This document shows, in pieces, positions 54,661 to 64,000 of a stretch of DNA of 64,000 nt. The notes beneath the pieces are model-generated. The model ran no database searches. It was given only the letters and a program-made list of their open reading frames with translations, and was not told the origin of the DNA. The position numbers were made by a program, and so were the translations under genes. The stretch spans positions 864,001 through 928,000 of the forward strand of contig OY762069.1 in assembly GCA_963665095.1 (NCBI GenBank), read 5' to 3'. The DNA is from an uncultured Desulfobacter sp. GTDB lineage: Bacteria > Desulfobacterota > Desulfobacteria > Desulfobacterales > Desulfobacteraceae. How positions within the stretch are numbered: the first letter of the stretch is position 1; each line of letters starts with the position of its first letter.

Positions 54661-56019
54661 ATGAAAATTTCAACATTCAATGATGATTTAATAGGTTTAA
54701 GAAAATTTGCAAATCAACTTGAACGATTTATTAAAATTGAACATCAATATGTTGATGGAGGTCTGGTAATTGGCTTAAGCTCAAAATTTGGTTCCGGAAA
54801 AAGTACATTCTTTCAAATGTGGAAGGCCGCGCTACAAGATAATCAAGACGAAAATAAACCTTTAGTAATTTTTCTTAATGCTTGGGAAAGCGACTATTAT
54901 GGTGATCCATTGTTTGCAATTATTTCGTCCCTTGTCGACGGTTTAATAAATGAAGGGGATTCTAATTCAGCCAATAAAATCATAGATGCAGTAAAAGATG
55001 TAAGCTGGTTTTCCACAGCAATTGGTGGACAAATAGTCAAAAAGATAACCGGGATAGATCCAGTTGCCGCAGGAGATCTCGCGGAGAAAAAGAAGAAAGG
55101 ACGAGACAGCAAAGACAATTTATTTTCTGATTCATTTTCGATATACGAAGGCCGAAAAAAAGCAATGCATTCATTAAAAAAGGCCATAGAAGATTTCGTT
55201 GAAAAAAACACCCTTCAAATATTATTTTTAGTTGATGAATTAGATCGCTGTAGACCTGATTATGCTATATCGTACTTGGAAACGATTAAACATATTTTTG
55301 ACATTAAAGGTGCCGTTTTTTTATTGGCTGCAGACCGAAGACATCTTGAAAATTCTGCCAAAACTGCGTTCGGACCTGATCTTGATTTCGATGAGTATTA
55401 TCGTAAGTTTATTCACAGAGAAGTCTCTCTTCCACAAATTTCTGATTCAAGTTACAAGTCTATAGCCTCAAAGTACGTTAGATATTATCTTGAGGGAAAC
55501 GGAGCCAGGAAATGCATTATGGCACTTGATAGTAGCCGTATAGACAACATAGTTGAGCTTGTTGGAAGTTTTAAGCTAACTCCGAGACAGATCCAAGAAA
55601 TATTCAGAATGCTCGGGCATATATTTGATACAACCGAAGATCATGAAGGCCGTTTGCTTTGGTGTGTTGCAGTTGGTTCGATATTGATGTCAGTTTTAAA
55701 ACTTGCTGATTCAAAAATTTATAACTTGTTAGGGAGCCAGCAATTAGCCCCCCAAAAGGCGTTAGATTATTTCAAAGTTCAATTGAAAGATTCATACGCT
55801 GATTGGTGGTTTGAGCTTTGCCTTACTGGAGGAGGATTAAAGTTTAACGAAAACGAAACCCTTGAAACGATAATGAAACAAGTTGGCTTAATGAATGAAG
55901 AAAATGCAGTGGCTGCATCTGGGCATTTGGGGCAATGGTATAGCGGCTGGGGGCATCGATCATCCAATAGATTTAAACAAATTTATCAAAAAATTGAACA
56001 TATAGAGCAATGGAATTAG
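54661..56019 (+). CDS. Cassette 4: KAP family P-loop NTPase
   Basis: SKFGSGKST Walker A, NAWESDY, LVDELDRCRP Walker B; AAGGA RBS before ATG 54661. Confidence 0.9.
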   Translation: MKISTFNDDLIGLRKFANQLERFIKIEHQYVDGGLVIGLSSKFGSGKSTFFQMWKAALQDNQDENKPLVIFLNAWESDYYGDPLFAIISSLVDGLINEGDSNSANKIIDAVKDVSWFSTAIGGQIVKKITGIDPVAAGDLAEKKKKGRDSKDNLFSDSFSIYEGRKKAMHSLKKAIEDFVEKNTLQILFLVDELDRCRPDYAISYLETIKHIFDIKGAVFLLAADRRHLENSAKTAFGPDLDFDEYYRKFIHREVSLPQISDSSYKSIASKYVRYYLEGNGARKCIMALDSSRIDNIVELVGSFKLTPRQIQEIFRMLGHIFDTTEDHEGRLLWCVAVGSILMSVLKLADSKIYNLLGSQQLAPQKALDYFKVQLKDSYADWWFELCLTGGGLKFNENETLETIMKQVGLMNEENAVAASGHLGQWYSGWGHRSSNRFKQIYQKIEHIEQWN

Positions 56020-56025
56020 AAGCCA

Positions 56026-56050
56026 ATTAGGATAGGACTCCCCATCATCT
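56026..56050 (-). pseudogene. 3'-terminal remnant (domain VI) of a group IIC intron in the cassette-4 attC R''
   Basis: ATTAGGATAGGACTCCCCATCA versus intact intron end ATCGGGATAGGACTCCCCATCA; follows AGCCA. Confidence 0.75.
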
Positions 56051-56202
56051 GATTCGGGGTCGGGCCAAGCTAATAAGCTGAAATTTAAATGAATAGTCTT
56101 TAAAAACGCCCTCAAAACTGTCTTAAATGAATGTTTTTGGGGGCAAAATTGACATTTTAAGAGGATTAAAACCCGCTCGAGTCCTACCAAAAATTAATAA
56201 TC

Positions 56203-56331
56203 GCCGAACAAGCCAATGAACCCGACCGGGCTTACTGCGCGGCTTTTCGAAGGTGTCTGGTTAATGAAAATTTAAACTTTTACCTGGGCTTCTGCGGTTT
56301 AAAAGCCCGGCGGGTTATCTATACGTTATGT
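56203..56331 (+). repeat. attC (long family)
   Basis: GCCGAAC...ATGAACCCGACCGGGCTT / AAGCCCGGCGGGTTAT...GTTATGT; shares internal sequence with the attC at 61066-61190. Confidence 0.85.
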
Positions 56332-56345
56332 GCAAAAATCACAAA

Positions 56346-56747
56346 ATGGAAATATTCAAAAAAATAGTAAGAGCTTTTTCAATTTTTATTTTGATAACAT
56401 CTATTTCAGTTTTGTTTGATAATAAGATATGGGAATATAATATTTTGTTTTTCTCAAATCTGATTAATTCAAAATATATTTTATTAGCTTTAACGAGTTC
56501 CTCAATTATAATATCGTTGGTTTTTCGTTTATATCATGGAATGATTATGTCAACTCACTTGAAGGACTCAGAAGATGCTCATAAGATTTCATTTTTTGGA
56601 ATGACCAATGTGGCTCACTACCCTAGTATATTGAATTCTATAGGGCTAAAAGCACGAAGAGAAATGATCTATTGGAATACAACAATTGTCATTTTATTGT
56701 TTAGTGCAGCGTTCATCATTGGAAAAGTGTTGGCAGAAATCACATAA
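56346..56747 (+). CDS. Cassette 5: hypothetical three-TM membrane protein
   Basis: AT-rich ORF; cassette begins GTTATGTG and ends CACATAAC. Confidence 0.7.
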   Translation: MEIFKKIVRAFSIFILITSISVLFDNKIWEYNILFFSNLINSKYILLALTSSSIIISLVFRLYHGMIMSTHLKDSEDAHKISFFGMTNVAHYPSILNSIGLKARREMIYWNTTIVILLFSAAFIIGKVLAEIT

Positions 56748-57049
56748 CCAATAAGGATTGATGCGACCTGACAAGGTCGCTTTCAATCCATTGTTCAAGA
56801 AGCCCGGGTTTCATATGGGTAAAGATTGATTGTGGTGCAGGCGGGGTAGGCAAGCACAGGGTGGAAATTGATAAAAAGTGCTTGCCGGTATGCTTTAACT
56901 TTTCAATTTTGAATAATTTTGACGTCGTTCTTTGAAAAACAGGACAGGTTCAGGGTTCGTTTTTCGGCCGCAGGACGTACTCGTCCCTGACGGTTCAGAA
57001 AACCGTTAAAAAACATGTATCCTAAAACCCGTTCCCTTTACGTTGAAGC

Positions 57050-58150
57050 CTATCCGAACCCAAAATCAGGCAACGGTAAGGGGCGGATATAGTAGATGTG
57101 ACATCTGAGCTTGAGGCCCGCCCCGCATTCCGGGCAAATTGGCTTTGGCGAAGATTTGGGTGTTTCTATAGGCCGCTGTTCTTTGAACCCCAGGGTTGAC
57201 TGGATAAGTGAACGGATTCGTTCAAGCGGGATGGAAGATCCCGGTCCCATGAAGCCATAATATCGGATTTTCATAAATCCTGTGGGCAGGACATGCTGAA
57301 GGAACCTGCGCATAAATTCCATTGTATCAAGGGTCATTTTCCGCAGGCGCCGGCTGCCGGGCTTTTTATAATGGAACATCACCTTCTGCTGATCGTAATG
57401 GATAATCCGGTAGTCGGAAATCGCCACTTTGAACACATAGGGGGCCAGGTATTTGATACTGTGGTGACTGGAAACGGCCTGGGAATTTACGTTGAACGGC
57501 TTTGACCAGACGTCCGGAGCAATACTTTGAAGTATTCCGGCCGTATTCAGCTGGGTTTTAAGCTTTGCTCTGAACACCTTGGACATGGCTTTGACCGGAG
57601 CGAAGAAGGCCGGACGGCAGGGATGCCATTTGCCGTCGGTCCGGGAATATGCTCCGCCGGGAACAACATAATGGATGTGCGGATGATACTGCATGGTCCG
57701 TCCCCAGGTGTGAAGGACTCCAAAAAAGCCGGGCAGATCACCGCCGATGAATTTGCTGTCCCTGGCAAAGGCTTTAAGTGTCTGTGAGGATGCCGCAAAC
57801 AGTGCCGCATAGGCCTCCTTCTGGTTGCTTCGAAACAGAGCGCGCAATTGTTCCGGGATGGTAAATGTTATCAGAAAATGAGGGCCCGGCAGTTGTCGTT
57901 CCAGCTGCCGGTCACGCCACTGGCGGGTTTTATGGTACTGGCATATGGGGCAGTGACGGTTTCCACAGGAACGAAAACCGAAATGTATCCGGCCGCAGCC
58001 GGTACAATCATAGACCACCAGGCCGCAGGCAGACGTCCGGCAGGAAATGATTGCCTTCAAGGCTTTTATGTGATTTTTTGGAATGCGGGTTTTATACCGA
58101 TGGAGGTATTCCCGGGCTGACCGGGCAAAAATGTTTTGAATGGCTCCCAT
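57050..58150 (-). CDS. IS91-family transposase with zinc-binding domain
   Basis: CRT..CG, SCGNRHCPICQ, HTWG, HPHIH, YLAPY and FLQHVLP.GF.KIRYYG motifs. Confidence 0.93.
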   Translation of the reverse strand: MGAIQNIFARSAREYLHRYKTRIPKNHIKALKAIISCRTSACGLVVYDCTGCGRIHFGFRSCGNRHCPICQYHKTRQWRDRQLERQLPGPHFLITFTIPEQLRALFRSNQKEAYAALFAASSQTLKAFARDSKFIGGDLPGFFGVLHTWGRTMQYHPHIHYVVPGGAYSRTDGKWHPCRPAFFAPVKAMSKVFRAKLKTQLNTAGILQSIAPDVWSKPFNVNSQAVSSHHSIKYLAPYVFKVAISDYRIIHYDQQKVMFHYKKPGSRRLRKMTLDTMEFMRRFLQHVLPTGFMKIRYYGFMGPGSSIPLERIRSLIQSTLGFKEQRPIETPKSSPKPICPECGAGLKLRCHIYYIRPLPLPDFGFG

Positions 58151-58152
58151 GG

Positions 58153-59022
58153 CTACACCTCCTTCATCAGATCATTGATAAGTCCGCAGGCGTGTTCATG
58201 CCCCTGGGTGGTCAGATGCAGGTAAACCATGGTGGTGGTCAGACTGCTGTGGCCCAGATACTGCTGGATGCGCCGGATGTTGACACCTGCTTCGAGCAGA
58301 TGGGTGGCGTAGCTGTGGCGAAGGGTGTGGATGGTGACCCGTTTTGTGATGGGCAAAGAGGTCAGTGTCTGTCTCAGGGCTCCCCTGACGGAATTGCTCC
58401 TCATGGGTTCTTCTGCTGTTGAGGCTTCTTTGCCGTTGCGTCCAAGTTTTGGAAAGATCAGTTTGGGGTTGCGATGGGTGGCCCAGTATTCACGCAGAAT
58501 AAAAAGTGTCTTTTCAGGCAGCGGCACGTATCGGTCCTTTGCGCCTTTGCCCCGATGGACATGGATGAACATGCGCTGGCTGTCAATGTCCCTGACCTGG
58601 AGGCTCAATCCCTCATTGAGCCTGAGACCGCAGGAGTAGACAGTGGTCAGGTAGGCTTTGTTCCAGGGTGTCCGGACAGCAGTAAGAATGGACTTAACCT
58701 CGTTAATACTGAGTACGGATGGTAACCGCTGTTCCCGTTTGGCATTAATCAGGGCAAGCGTATGCCAGTCCCGCTGCAGCACATTGATGAAGAAGAACTT
58801 TATGCCGCTGTAGCAGATACGCATGGTGGCGGCAGACCATTGATCAACGTTTTTGCGATGGAGAAAATAATCCTGCAGTTCCCGCTCGGTGATTTCATCA
58901 GGGGTTTTGCCGAAGAAATCGACCAGCATACGGATAGCGCGGGTGTAGTTCTTTTGAGTGGAAGTGCTCATCCCGGCAAGTTGCAGGGCCCTCATTGATT
59001 GTTGATAATAATCGCTCATCAT
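58153..59022 (-). CDS. Tyrosine recombinase/integrase (IS91-associated)
   Basis: [26 protein letters not shown] and LGH...TMVY motifs; lacks the IntI insertion; AAGGAG RBS. Confidence 0.93.
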   Translation of the reverse strand: MMSDYYQQSMRALQLAGMSTSTQKNYTRAIRMLVDFFGKTPDEITERELQDYFLHRKNVDQWSAATMRICYSGIKFFFINVLQRDWHTLALINAKREQRLPSVLSINEVKSILTAVRTPWNKAYLTTVYSCGLRLNEGLSLQVRDIDSQRMFIHVHRGKGAKDRYVPLPEKTLFILREYWATHRNPKLIFPKLGRNGKEASTAEEPMRSNSVRGALRQTLTSLPITKRVTIHTLRHSYATHLLEAGVNIRRIQQYLGHSSLTTTMVYLHLTTQGHEHACGLINDLMKEV

Positions 59023-59154
59023 ACCGTCTCCTTTCATGTGAAGGGTTAATTGGATTGGCGTCCAGATACGATACGATGAAAATGACGGGCAATGCAACTT
59101 GCCGATTTTATTAATTAGAGTAGTTGTTTGGCTGCCGCGTAGCGGCTTACTTGA

Positions 59155-61065
59155 ATCGGGATAGGACTCCCCATCACTGAGGAGCCCTCCCACACCACCC
59201 GGCATACGGATCACGTACCAAGGCGGTTCGGCTGATTTCGGAAATCAGTTCCCGGGCAGATATAATCCTTTTTTGACAAAATACATTTCAGGCATGGCAA
59301 TGGCCACCCACTTGATTTTGCTCATGTGCCAGTACTTTTTACGGGCGTTACCGCAAAGCATGGCGTCCCCATGCGAAATACCAAGTTTTTCCAGGTTACG
59401 AACCCTGGTTCCAGGGTTTTTCCATTGTTTCCAGACAAGACTTCTCAGCCGTCGCAGTATCCAGACCTTGAGTTCTTTCAGAAAATAGAGGGTTTCCGTG
59501 AGCCGGAAATAACCCCACCATCCACGAATGTACTGGTTCAAGTCCTGAATCACCTGCCACAGGCTTTTGCCCCGTTTACGGCTGGTTAATTCCCGGACCT
59601 TGTCCTTGAACCGTTTCATGCTCTTGGCGTGAATCCGGATCTTGGACTGCCCACACATTTGAAAATATGTGAATCCTAAGAATTTGCTCAGCCAGGGTCT
59701 GCTGACAGCACTTTTCTCCTGGTTTACTTTGAGCTTGAGTTTCACCGTCAGAAACCGGGTGATACTCTCCATAACCCTTTCGGCAGCCTTGCGGCTTTTG
59801 CAGAAAATCATAAAATCATCGGCATACCGAACATACCGGTGGCCTCGTTTCTCCAACTCTTTATCCAGTTCATCCAGGACAATATTGGACAGCAGCGGAG
59901 AAAGAGGACCTCCCTGGGGAGTCCCTTCTTCTGTAGGCACCGTGACGCCCGAGACCAGCACACCAGACCTCAGATATTGTCGTATTACCTTCAATACGCG
60001 CTTATCTTTTATTCTTCTGGCGAGTCTGCTCATCAGGCGGTCGTGCGAAACTCGGTCAAAAAATTTCGACAGGTCCATATCAACGACATAGGTATAACCT
60101 TCAACCATGTACCTTTTACCCTGCATTACCGCATCGTGTGCGGATCTGCCGGGCCTGAACCCATAACTGTGTTCAGAGAAAAAGGGGTCCCAGATCTGTT
60201 CCAGGACCTGGGATATGGCCTGTTGAATAAACCGGTCAAGCACCGTGGGTATTCCAAGTAAACGGATTCCGCCGTCTGGTTTGGGGATTTCCTTCCTTTT
60301 AACCGGTAGCGGTTTGTGCCTGCCGTTAAGCAGGTCTTGTTTGATTTCATGCCAGTGCTTTGCAAGGTAGCTGCCAAGCTGGCTGGTTTTCATACCATCC
60401 ACCCCAGGGGCACCCTTGTTTGCACAGACATGTTTCCATGCCAGGATAATGTTGTTGCGTTCAAGGATCATCTCCATTAACCGGGCATTGTTTCCCAGAC
60501 GTTCGGCAATTTGTGACGCTGGAAACAGTTCCATCTGCTGTGGCGATCTGTTCACAAGTACACATCTCCTATTTGTCGTTATCATTTACCCGGACCATTC
60601 GGCCCGGGCACCGTTCAGGCCTTCACCGGGGTGAGTCCTCCCTGGTTTGCAGGGCTCGTTTCCTCCGCCTACTATGCCTTCTGCTGACTTCTCCCATGCG
60701 GTCAGAGTCGGTTACCCGCCCCTCAGCCGTTACGGCACATGGGAGATCTCCCGGGGTAAACACGTGTCTTTCAGTACGTGAATGCCGGATTTACGGACAT
60801 ACCCTGTAATGGATAGAGGACTTCACCTTGTTGTGCAGGCTCGTCCCGGTATGTGCGCCTTATATCCGATTCCTGTACGTCATCCCGTACTTTTGCGGTA
60901 CCTTGCCTCAGCAAGGCGGCTTCCTTCCGAAGCACCGTCACCGGTACCCCGTTGCACTACCACTACACCCTTCGCCTCCATCCGGCTGGGCCTAAGACTT
61001 GCCAAACGCATTGAAATCGTTTACGTTTGACTCACTTTTAAGAACACGTGCCGTGCCCGGCACAC
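59155..61065 (-). mobile_element. Group II intron, bacterial class C (attC-targeting), 1911 bp
   Basis: 5' GTGTGCCGGGCACGG; domain V GAACCGCC...GGTGGTG with CGC triad; 3' end CCTATCCCGAT; removal restores CTTGAAC. Confidence 0.92.
59245..60585 (-). CDS. ltrA: Group II intron reverse transcriptase/maturase lacking an endonuclease domain (start uncertain)
   Basis: GAPGVDG, RLLGIPTVLDR, GTPQGGPLSPLL, RYADD and GWWGYF motifs. Confidence 0.96.
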   Translation of the reverse strand: MITTNRRCVLVNRSPQQMELFPASQIAERLGNNARLMEMILERNNIILAWKHVCANKGAPGVDGMKTSQLGSYLAKHWHEIKQDLLNGRHKPLPVKRKEIPKPDGGIRLLGIPTVLDRFIQQAISQVLEQIWDPFFSEHSYGFRPGRSAHDAVMQGKRYMVEGYTYVVDMDLSKFFDRVSHDRLMSRLARRIKDKRVLKVIRQYLRSGVLVSGVTVPTEEGTPQGGPLSPLLSNIVLDELDKELEKRGHRYVRYADDFMIFCKSRKAAERVMESITRFLTVKLKLKVNQEKSAVSRPWLSKFLGFTYFQMCGQSKIRIHAKSMKRFKDKVRELTSRKRGKSLWQVIQDLNQYIRGWWGYFRLTETLYFLKELKVWILRRLRSLVWKQWKNPGTRVRNLEKLGISHGDAMLCGNARKKYWHMSKIKWVAIAMPEMYFVKKGLYLPGN

Positions 61066-61190
61066 ACAAAACGCTGGAGCGGGACCAGGCTTACTGCGCG
61101 GCCTTTCGGGAGTTCCTGGTTCAGGAAAATTTAAACTTTTGTCGGAGTTTTTGGGGTTTAAAAGCCTGGCCCCTCAGCTCCCCGTTGTGG
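61066..61190 (+). repeat. attC (long family), R'' split by the intron
   Basis: AC-AAAAC-GCTGGAGCGGGACCAGGCTT...AAGCCTGGCCCCTCAGC-TCCCC-GTTGTGG. Confidence 0.88.
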
Positions 61191-61258
61191 GTTAAAAACC
61201 AACGTGATACAGAAAAAGACATATTGAAAATCATGTCACCCGGTGCTATATTGTTGTT

Positions 61259-61627
61259 ATGCGAAAATTAATGACAAAGCACTTTGCGAAATGGGCTTCA
61301 AAGCAAAAAATACTGATCGATGACTTGGAAACAGCATTGGAAGAAGTCGGTAGTGGAAATTACGAAGCAAATTTGGGCGGACACATTTACAAAAAAAGAA
61401 TTCGGTTCCCTGGTCAAGGCAAAAGCGGTAGTGGAAGAACGATTGTTTGCTATAAAAAAGGGAGCAGAATTATTTTCATCCATGGATTCTCAAAAAATGA
61501 AAAATCAAACCTTTCACCCAAAGAGCTATTTGTCTTCAAGGAACTTGCTAAAATTTTACTTTCATTTTCTGAAAGGGAAATTGATATAGCAGTCCAAAAT
61601 GGTGATTTAAAAGAGGTGGCAACATGA
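61259..61627 (+). CDS. Cassette 6: RelE/ParE-family toxin (start may be 61271)
   Basis: ANLGGHIYKKRI, GKSGSGRTI and FSKNEKSNL motifs; toxin-first pair. Confidence 0.88.
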   Translation: MRKLMTKHFAKWASKQKILIDDLETALEEVGSGNYEANLGGHIYKKRIRFPGQGKSGSGRTIVCYKKGSRIIFIHGFSKNEKSNLSPKELFVFKELAKILLSFSEREIDIAVQNGDLKEVAT

Positions 61628-61929
61628 GAAAATCAATTTCAGATTCAATTACCGAAACCGTAAGGGACTTAAATAAAAGTGGGCTTGTGGATGACATTAC
61701 TTTAAGAAATATTGAAAAATTATGTCTTCCAGAAGTTAAAGACTATTCCCCCAAAAACATAACCGAAATCCGAAAAAGATTTAATTTAAGCCAAGCTGCG
61801 TTAGCAAGCGTTTTCAATATTAGTACCTCTACTGTACAGAAGTGGGAACAGGGGAATAAAAAACCTACAGGAGCCTCAAGGAAATTGTTGGATATCATGG
61901 AAAGAAAAGGCTTAGAGGCTTTAATATAA
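61624..61929 (+). CDS. Cassette 6: XRE/HTH antitoxin
   Basis: IRKRFNLSQAALA...TVQKWEQGNKKPTG motif; ATGA overlap with the toxin. Confidence 0.9.
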   Translation: MRKSISDSITETVRDLNKSGLVDDITLRNIEKLCLPEVKDYSPKNITEIRKRFNLSQAALASVFNISTSTVQKWEQGNKKPTGASRKLLDIMERKGLEALI

Positions 61930-62245
61930 CTCGCACAACAAAATAAGGATTAGTAACCGTGCTGAGGCACGAAGCTCGGTACTAATCCTTTGGTTCAAGA
62001 AGCCGCGGGTGTATAGGGGGAAAGGTTACCGGTTTTCTGGATGGGTTAATGATCAGGTCTGATGAAAACTTAAAAAACGGCCTTTCTTTTGATGTGAAAA
62101 CCAGAAGTCCGGCCGATTTTCAGTTGTTAAAACCCGGTTCAAAACCTTAGGTATCTGCAATATTGCGCACGAATAGCGCAACATGCCTGGTGATAGATCA
62201 GGCTGTTTGTAAAAAAGGCCCAAACCGGGTCAAAAAAATGTGCAG

Positions 62246-63331
62246 TTACCGGGGTTTGCCCCGGGATTCAGGTTTTACAAAGAAAATGAATTTCAAATCA
62301 TGTCCGCAATGGCTGCATTTAATGCCGGGGATTGCAGGCTCCCGGATTTCAGTAAAAAGCGCAATAATGTCATGGATGAATGAGATCAGTTCACGGATTT
62401 TTTCAATGGGTAATGCACTGTTGGGATTAAGAAATCCATAATGCCGGATTTTCATAAATCCCTTGGGAAGAACATGTTGCAAGAACCTTCTGATAAATTC
62501 CATGGCATCCAGAGCCATGGTTTTCCATTTTTTCTTTTCACGATCCTTGTACGAAAATTTAATGACACCATTTTCAATGCTTTTGATGCGGTTATTGGAG
62601 ATGGCCACCCGGAAAACATATCTTGAAAGATATCGCAGGCAATTTTGTCCCTGCCCCACTGATTGGCTGTCAATCACCCACTGCTGTTTCCAGACGGCCG
62701 GATCAATTTTGTTGAGCAGTCCGGCTTTTTTCATCGCATTCTTGAATTTGGCTTTGAAAATAATCTCCAAGGGTTTTGTGTGAACAAATAAATCCTGCCT
62801 GGAAGCAAGCCATAGGTTTTTACCGGATAAAGCACCACCGGGGATGATCAGATGTAAATGGGGGTGATACTGGAGCATGCCGCCCCATGTGTGGAGACCG
62901 GCCAGGTATCCAATTTGGTCCGATCCGACAAACCGCTTGTCTTGTGCTAATTTTTTCAATGCTTTATTGGTGCATGAAAACAGGGCGCTGTAGGTTTGTC
63001 TTTGATGTGATCTTACAACGTCCCGAAGACCTTGCGGCAGTGTGATCGTTAACAAAAAATAGTGAGTCGGCAGCAATTTTTTCATTTGCTGAACAAGCCA
63101 TTGATCTGCTTTACTCTGTTGACAGTTGGGGCAATGGCGGTTGTCGCAGCAGCAGTGGATCAGATGCAGATTTTTGCAGTCGCTGCATTCATACACCATT
63201 GTACCAAAGGAGCCGCTTCGGCACTGAATGATATCCCGGATGGTTTTTTTATGGGCCTTGGGCATTCGATCCCCATAAAGTGCCATATATTGGGCGCCAT
63301 ACATCTGAAAGATTTTTTGAATGGCGCTCAT
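62246..63331 (-). CDS. IS91-family transposase
   Basis: NRHCPNCQ, HTWG, HPHLH, YLSRY and FLQHVLPKGFMKIRHYG motifs. Confidence 0.93.
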   Translation of the reverse strand: MSAIQKIFQMYGAQYMALYGDRMPKAHKKTIRDIIQCRSGSFGTMVYECSDCKNLHLIHCCCDNRHCPNCQQSKADQWLVQQMKKLLPTHYFLLTITLPQGLRDVVRSHQRQTYSALFSCTNKALKKLAQDKRFVGSDQIGYLAGLHTWGGMLQYHPHLHLIIPGGALSGKNLWLASRQDLFVHTKPLEIIFKAKFKNAMKKAGLLNKIDPAVWKQQWVIDSQSVGQGQNCLRYLSRYVFRVAISNNRIKSIENGVIKFSYKDREKKKWKTMALDAMEFIRRFLQHVLPKGFMKIRHYGFLNPNSALPIEKIRELISFIHDIIALFTEIREPAIPGIKCSHCGHDLKFIFFVKPESRGKPR

Positions 63332-64000
63332 GACAACACCCCCTGCATGACTTTGGAAACCCTGTCATTGGAATCAACCCGGGCCTGTGTGGTCACATGC
63401 AGATAAATCATGGTACTTTTAAGGGTTTTATGACCCAATATTTTTTGAACATGCCGTATGGGGATATTGGCTTCGAGCAGATGAGTTGCATAGGCATGGC
63501 GGAATACATGAGGGTGGACATGTTTTTTAAACTTCATGCGTTTTAAAGTGGATCGTAAAACGCCTTGAACACCACTTTGGCTCACATGATTTTCGGCATA
63601 TTGGGCATCTTTACCGCCATTGCGGCCCAGGGCAGGGAAAATCCATTTAGAATTGCGATGGGTTTTATAGTAGTCTCGCAAAGCCGACAGGGTTATTGGG
63701 GGTAAGGGGACGGTCCTGTCCCGGAAACCCTTTCCTCCGTGAATATGCACAAGTCCCCTGTCAGAAAGGATATCCTTGACCTGAAGCGTTGTTGCTTCCC
63801 TCAAACGCAGGCCCATGGAATATAAGGTCAAATAAAATGTATAACTTTGTACGGTGGGAAGGGCATATATAATTTTCCTGACTTCCTCCAGGCTCAGAAT
63901 AGTTGGTAAGGTCTCCTCGCGCTTCCATTGGATTTCGTTGAAAAGGTTCCAGGATCTGACCAGGGTTCTGCTGAAAAAATGTTGGATGCCGGAATAACTG
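63328..64000 (-). CDS. Tyrosine recombinase (5' end outside window)
   Basis: YSMGLR, GKGFRDR, HVFRHAYATHLLE and LGH...TMIY motifs; frame open to window end. Confidence 0.92.
   Translation of the reverse strand, partial: SYSGIQHFFSRTLVRSWNLFNEIQWKREETLPTILSLEEVRKIIYALPTVQSYTFYLTLYSMGLRLREATTLQVKDILSDRGLVHIHGGKGFRDRTVPLPPITLSALRDYYKTHRNSKWIFPALGRNGGKDAQYAENHVSQSGVQGVLRSTLKRMKFKKHVHPHVFRHAYATHLLEANIPIRHVQKILGHKTLKSTMIYLHVTTQARVDSNDRVSKVMQGVLS

Larger units (their letters stand above)
56749..59154 (-). mobile_element. IS91-like element (tyrosine recombinase + HUH/Y2 transposase) inserted at attC R''; its last 2 nt are displaced to 61066-61067 by the intron
   Basis: Left end CAATAAGGATTG...CAATCC..GTTCAAGAAGCC; right end GCCGC-GTA-GCGGC hairpin then TTACTTGA|AC. 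Confidence 0.8.
61940..64000 (-). mobile_element. Second, divergent IS91-like element at attC R'' (runs off window)
   Basis: After GCACAAC: AAAATAAGGATTAGT...ACTAATCC..GTTCAAGAAGCC, then transposase and recombinase genes. Confidence 0.8.

Noticed and set aside
59245..60585. Reverse transcriptase as retron, DGR or defence RT
   Set aside because: Flanked by clear group II intron ends and domain V/VI, with a maturase domain

Overview
Bacterial chromosomal window, most likely from an anaerobic Desulfobacterota/Desulfobacteraceae-like organism (inferred from the protein families only). It has three parts. (1) 1-28.8 kb is a mixed accessory region: an RND efflux pair, secreted proteins beside a CPBP protease, an integrase-less cluster of attC cassettes, a VWA protein, truA, OsmC, SDR, YceI, a HEPN/MNT toxin-antitoxin pair, a cysteine desulfurase and an octaheme cytochrome c. 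(2) 28.9-46.1 kb is a pyrrolysine and methyl-transfer island. It carries tRNA-Pyl(CUA), pylSn-B-C-D-Sc, an mttB with an in-frame amber codon at the Pyl position, a GcvT-family dimethylglycine/sarcosine dehydrogenase, a corrinoid protein (1-nt frameshift), a corrinoid:THF methyltransferase, two regulators, a second non-Pyl MttB-family enzyme and a DUF1638-hydantoinase/oxoprolinase fusion. (3) 46.2-64 kb is an integron with a long-form IntI and a cassette array. The array contains a ~5.5 kb signalling cassette with a non-canonical GAT/ATC core, a group IIC intron plus an intron remnant in attC R'' boxes, and two tyrosine-recombinase + IS91-type transposase elements. Each element sits exactly after an attC R'' AAC and carries an attC-like hairpin at that end; the one fully visible also regenerates an R'' box at its other end. 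These attC-targeting elements, the GAT-core cassette and the Pyl island architecture are the best candidates for undescribed biology. All calls come from reading motifs by eye; no searches were run.
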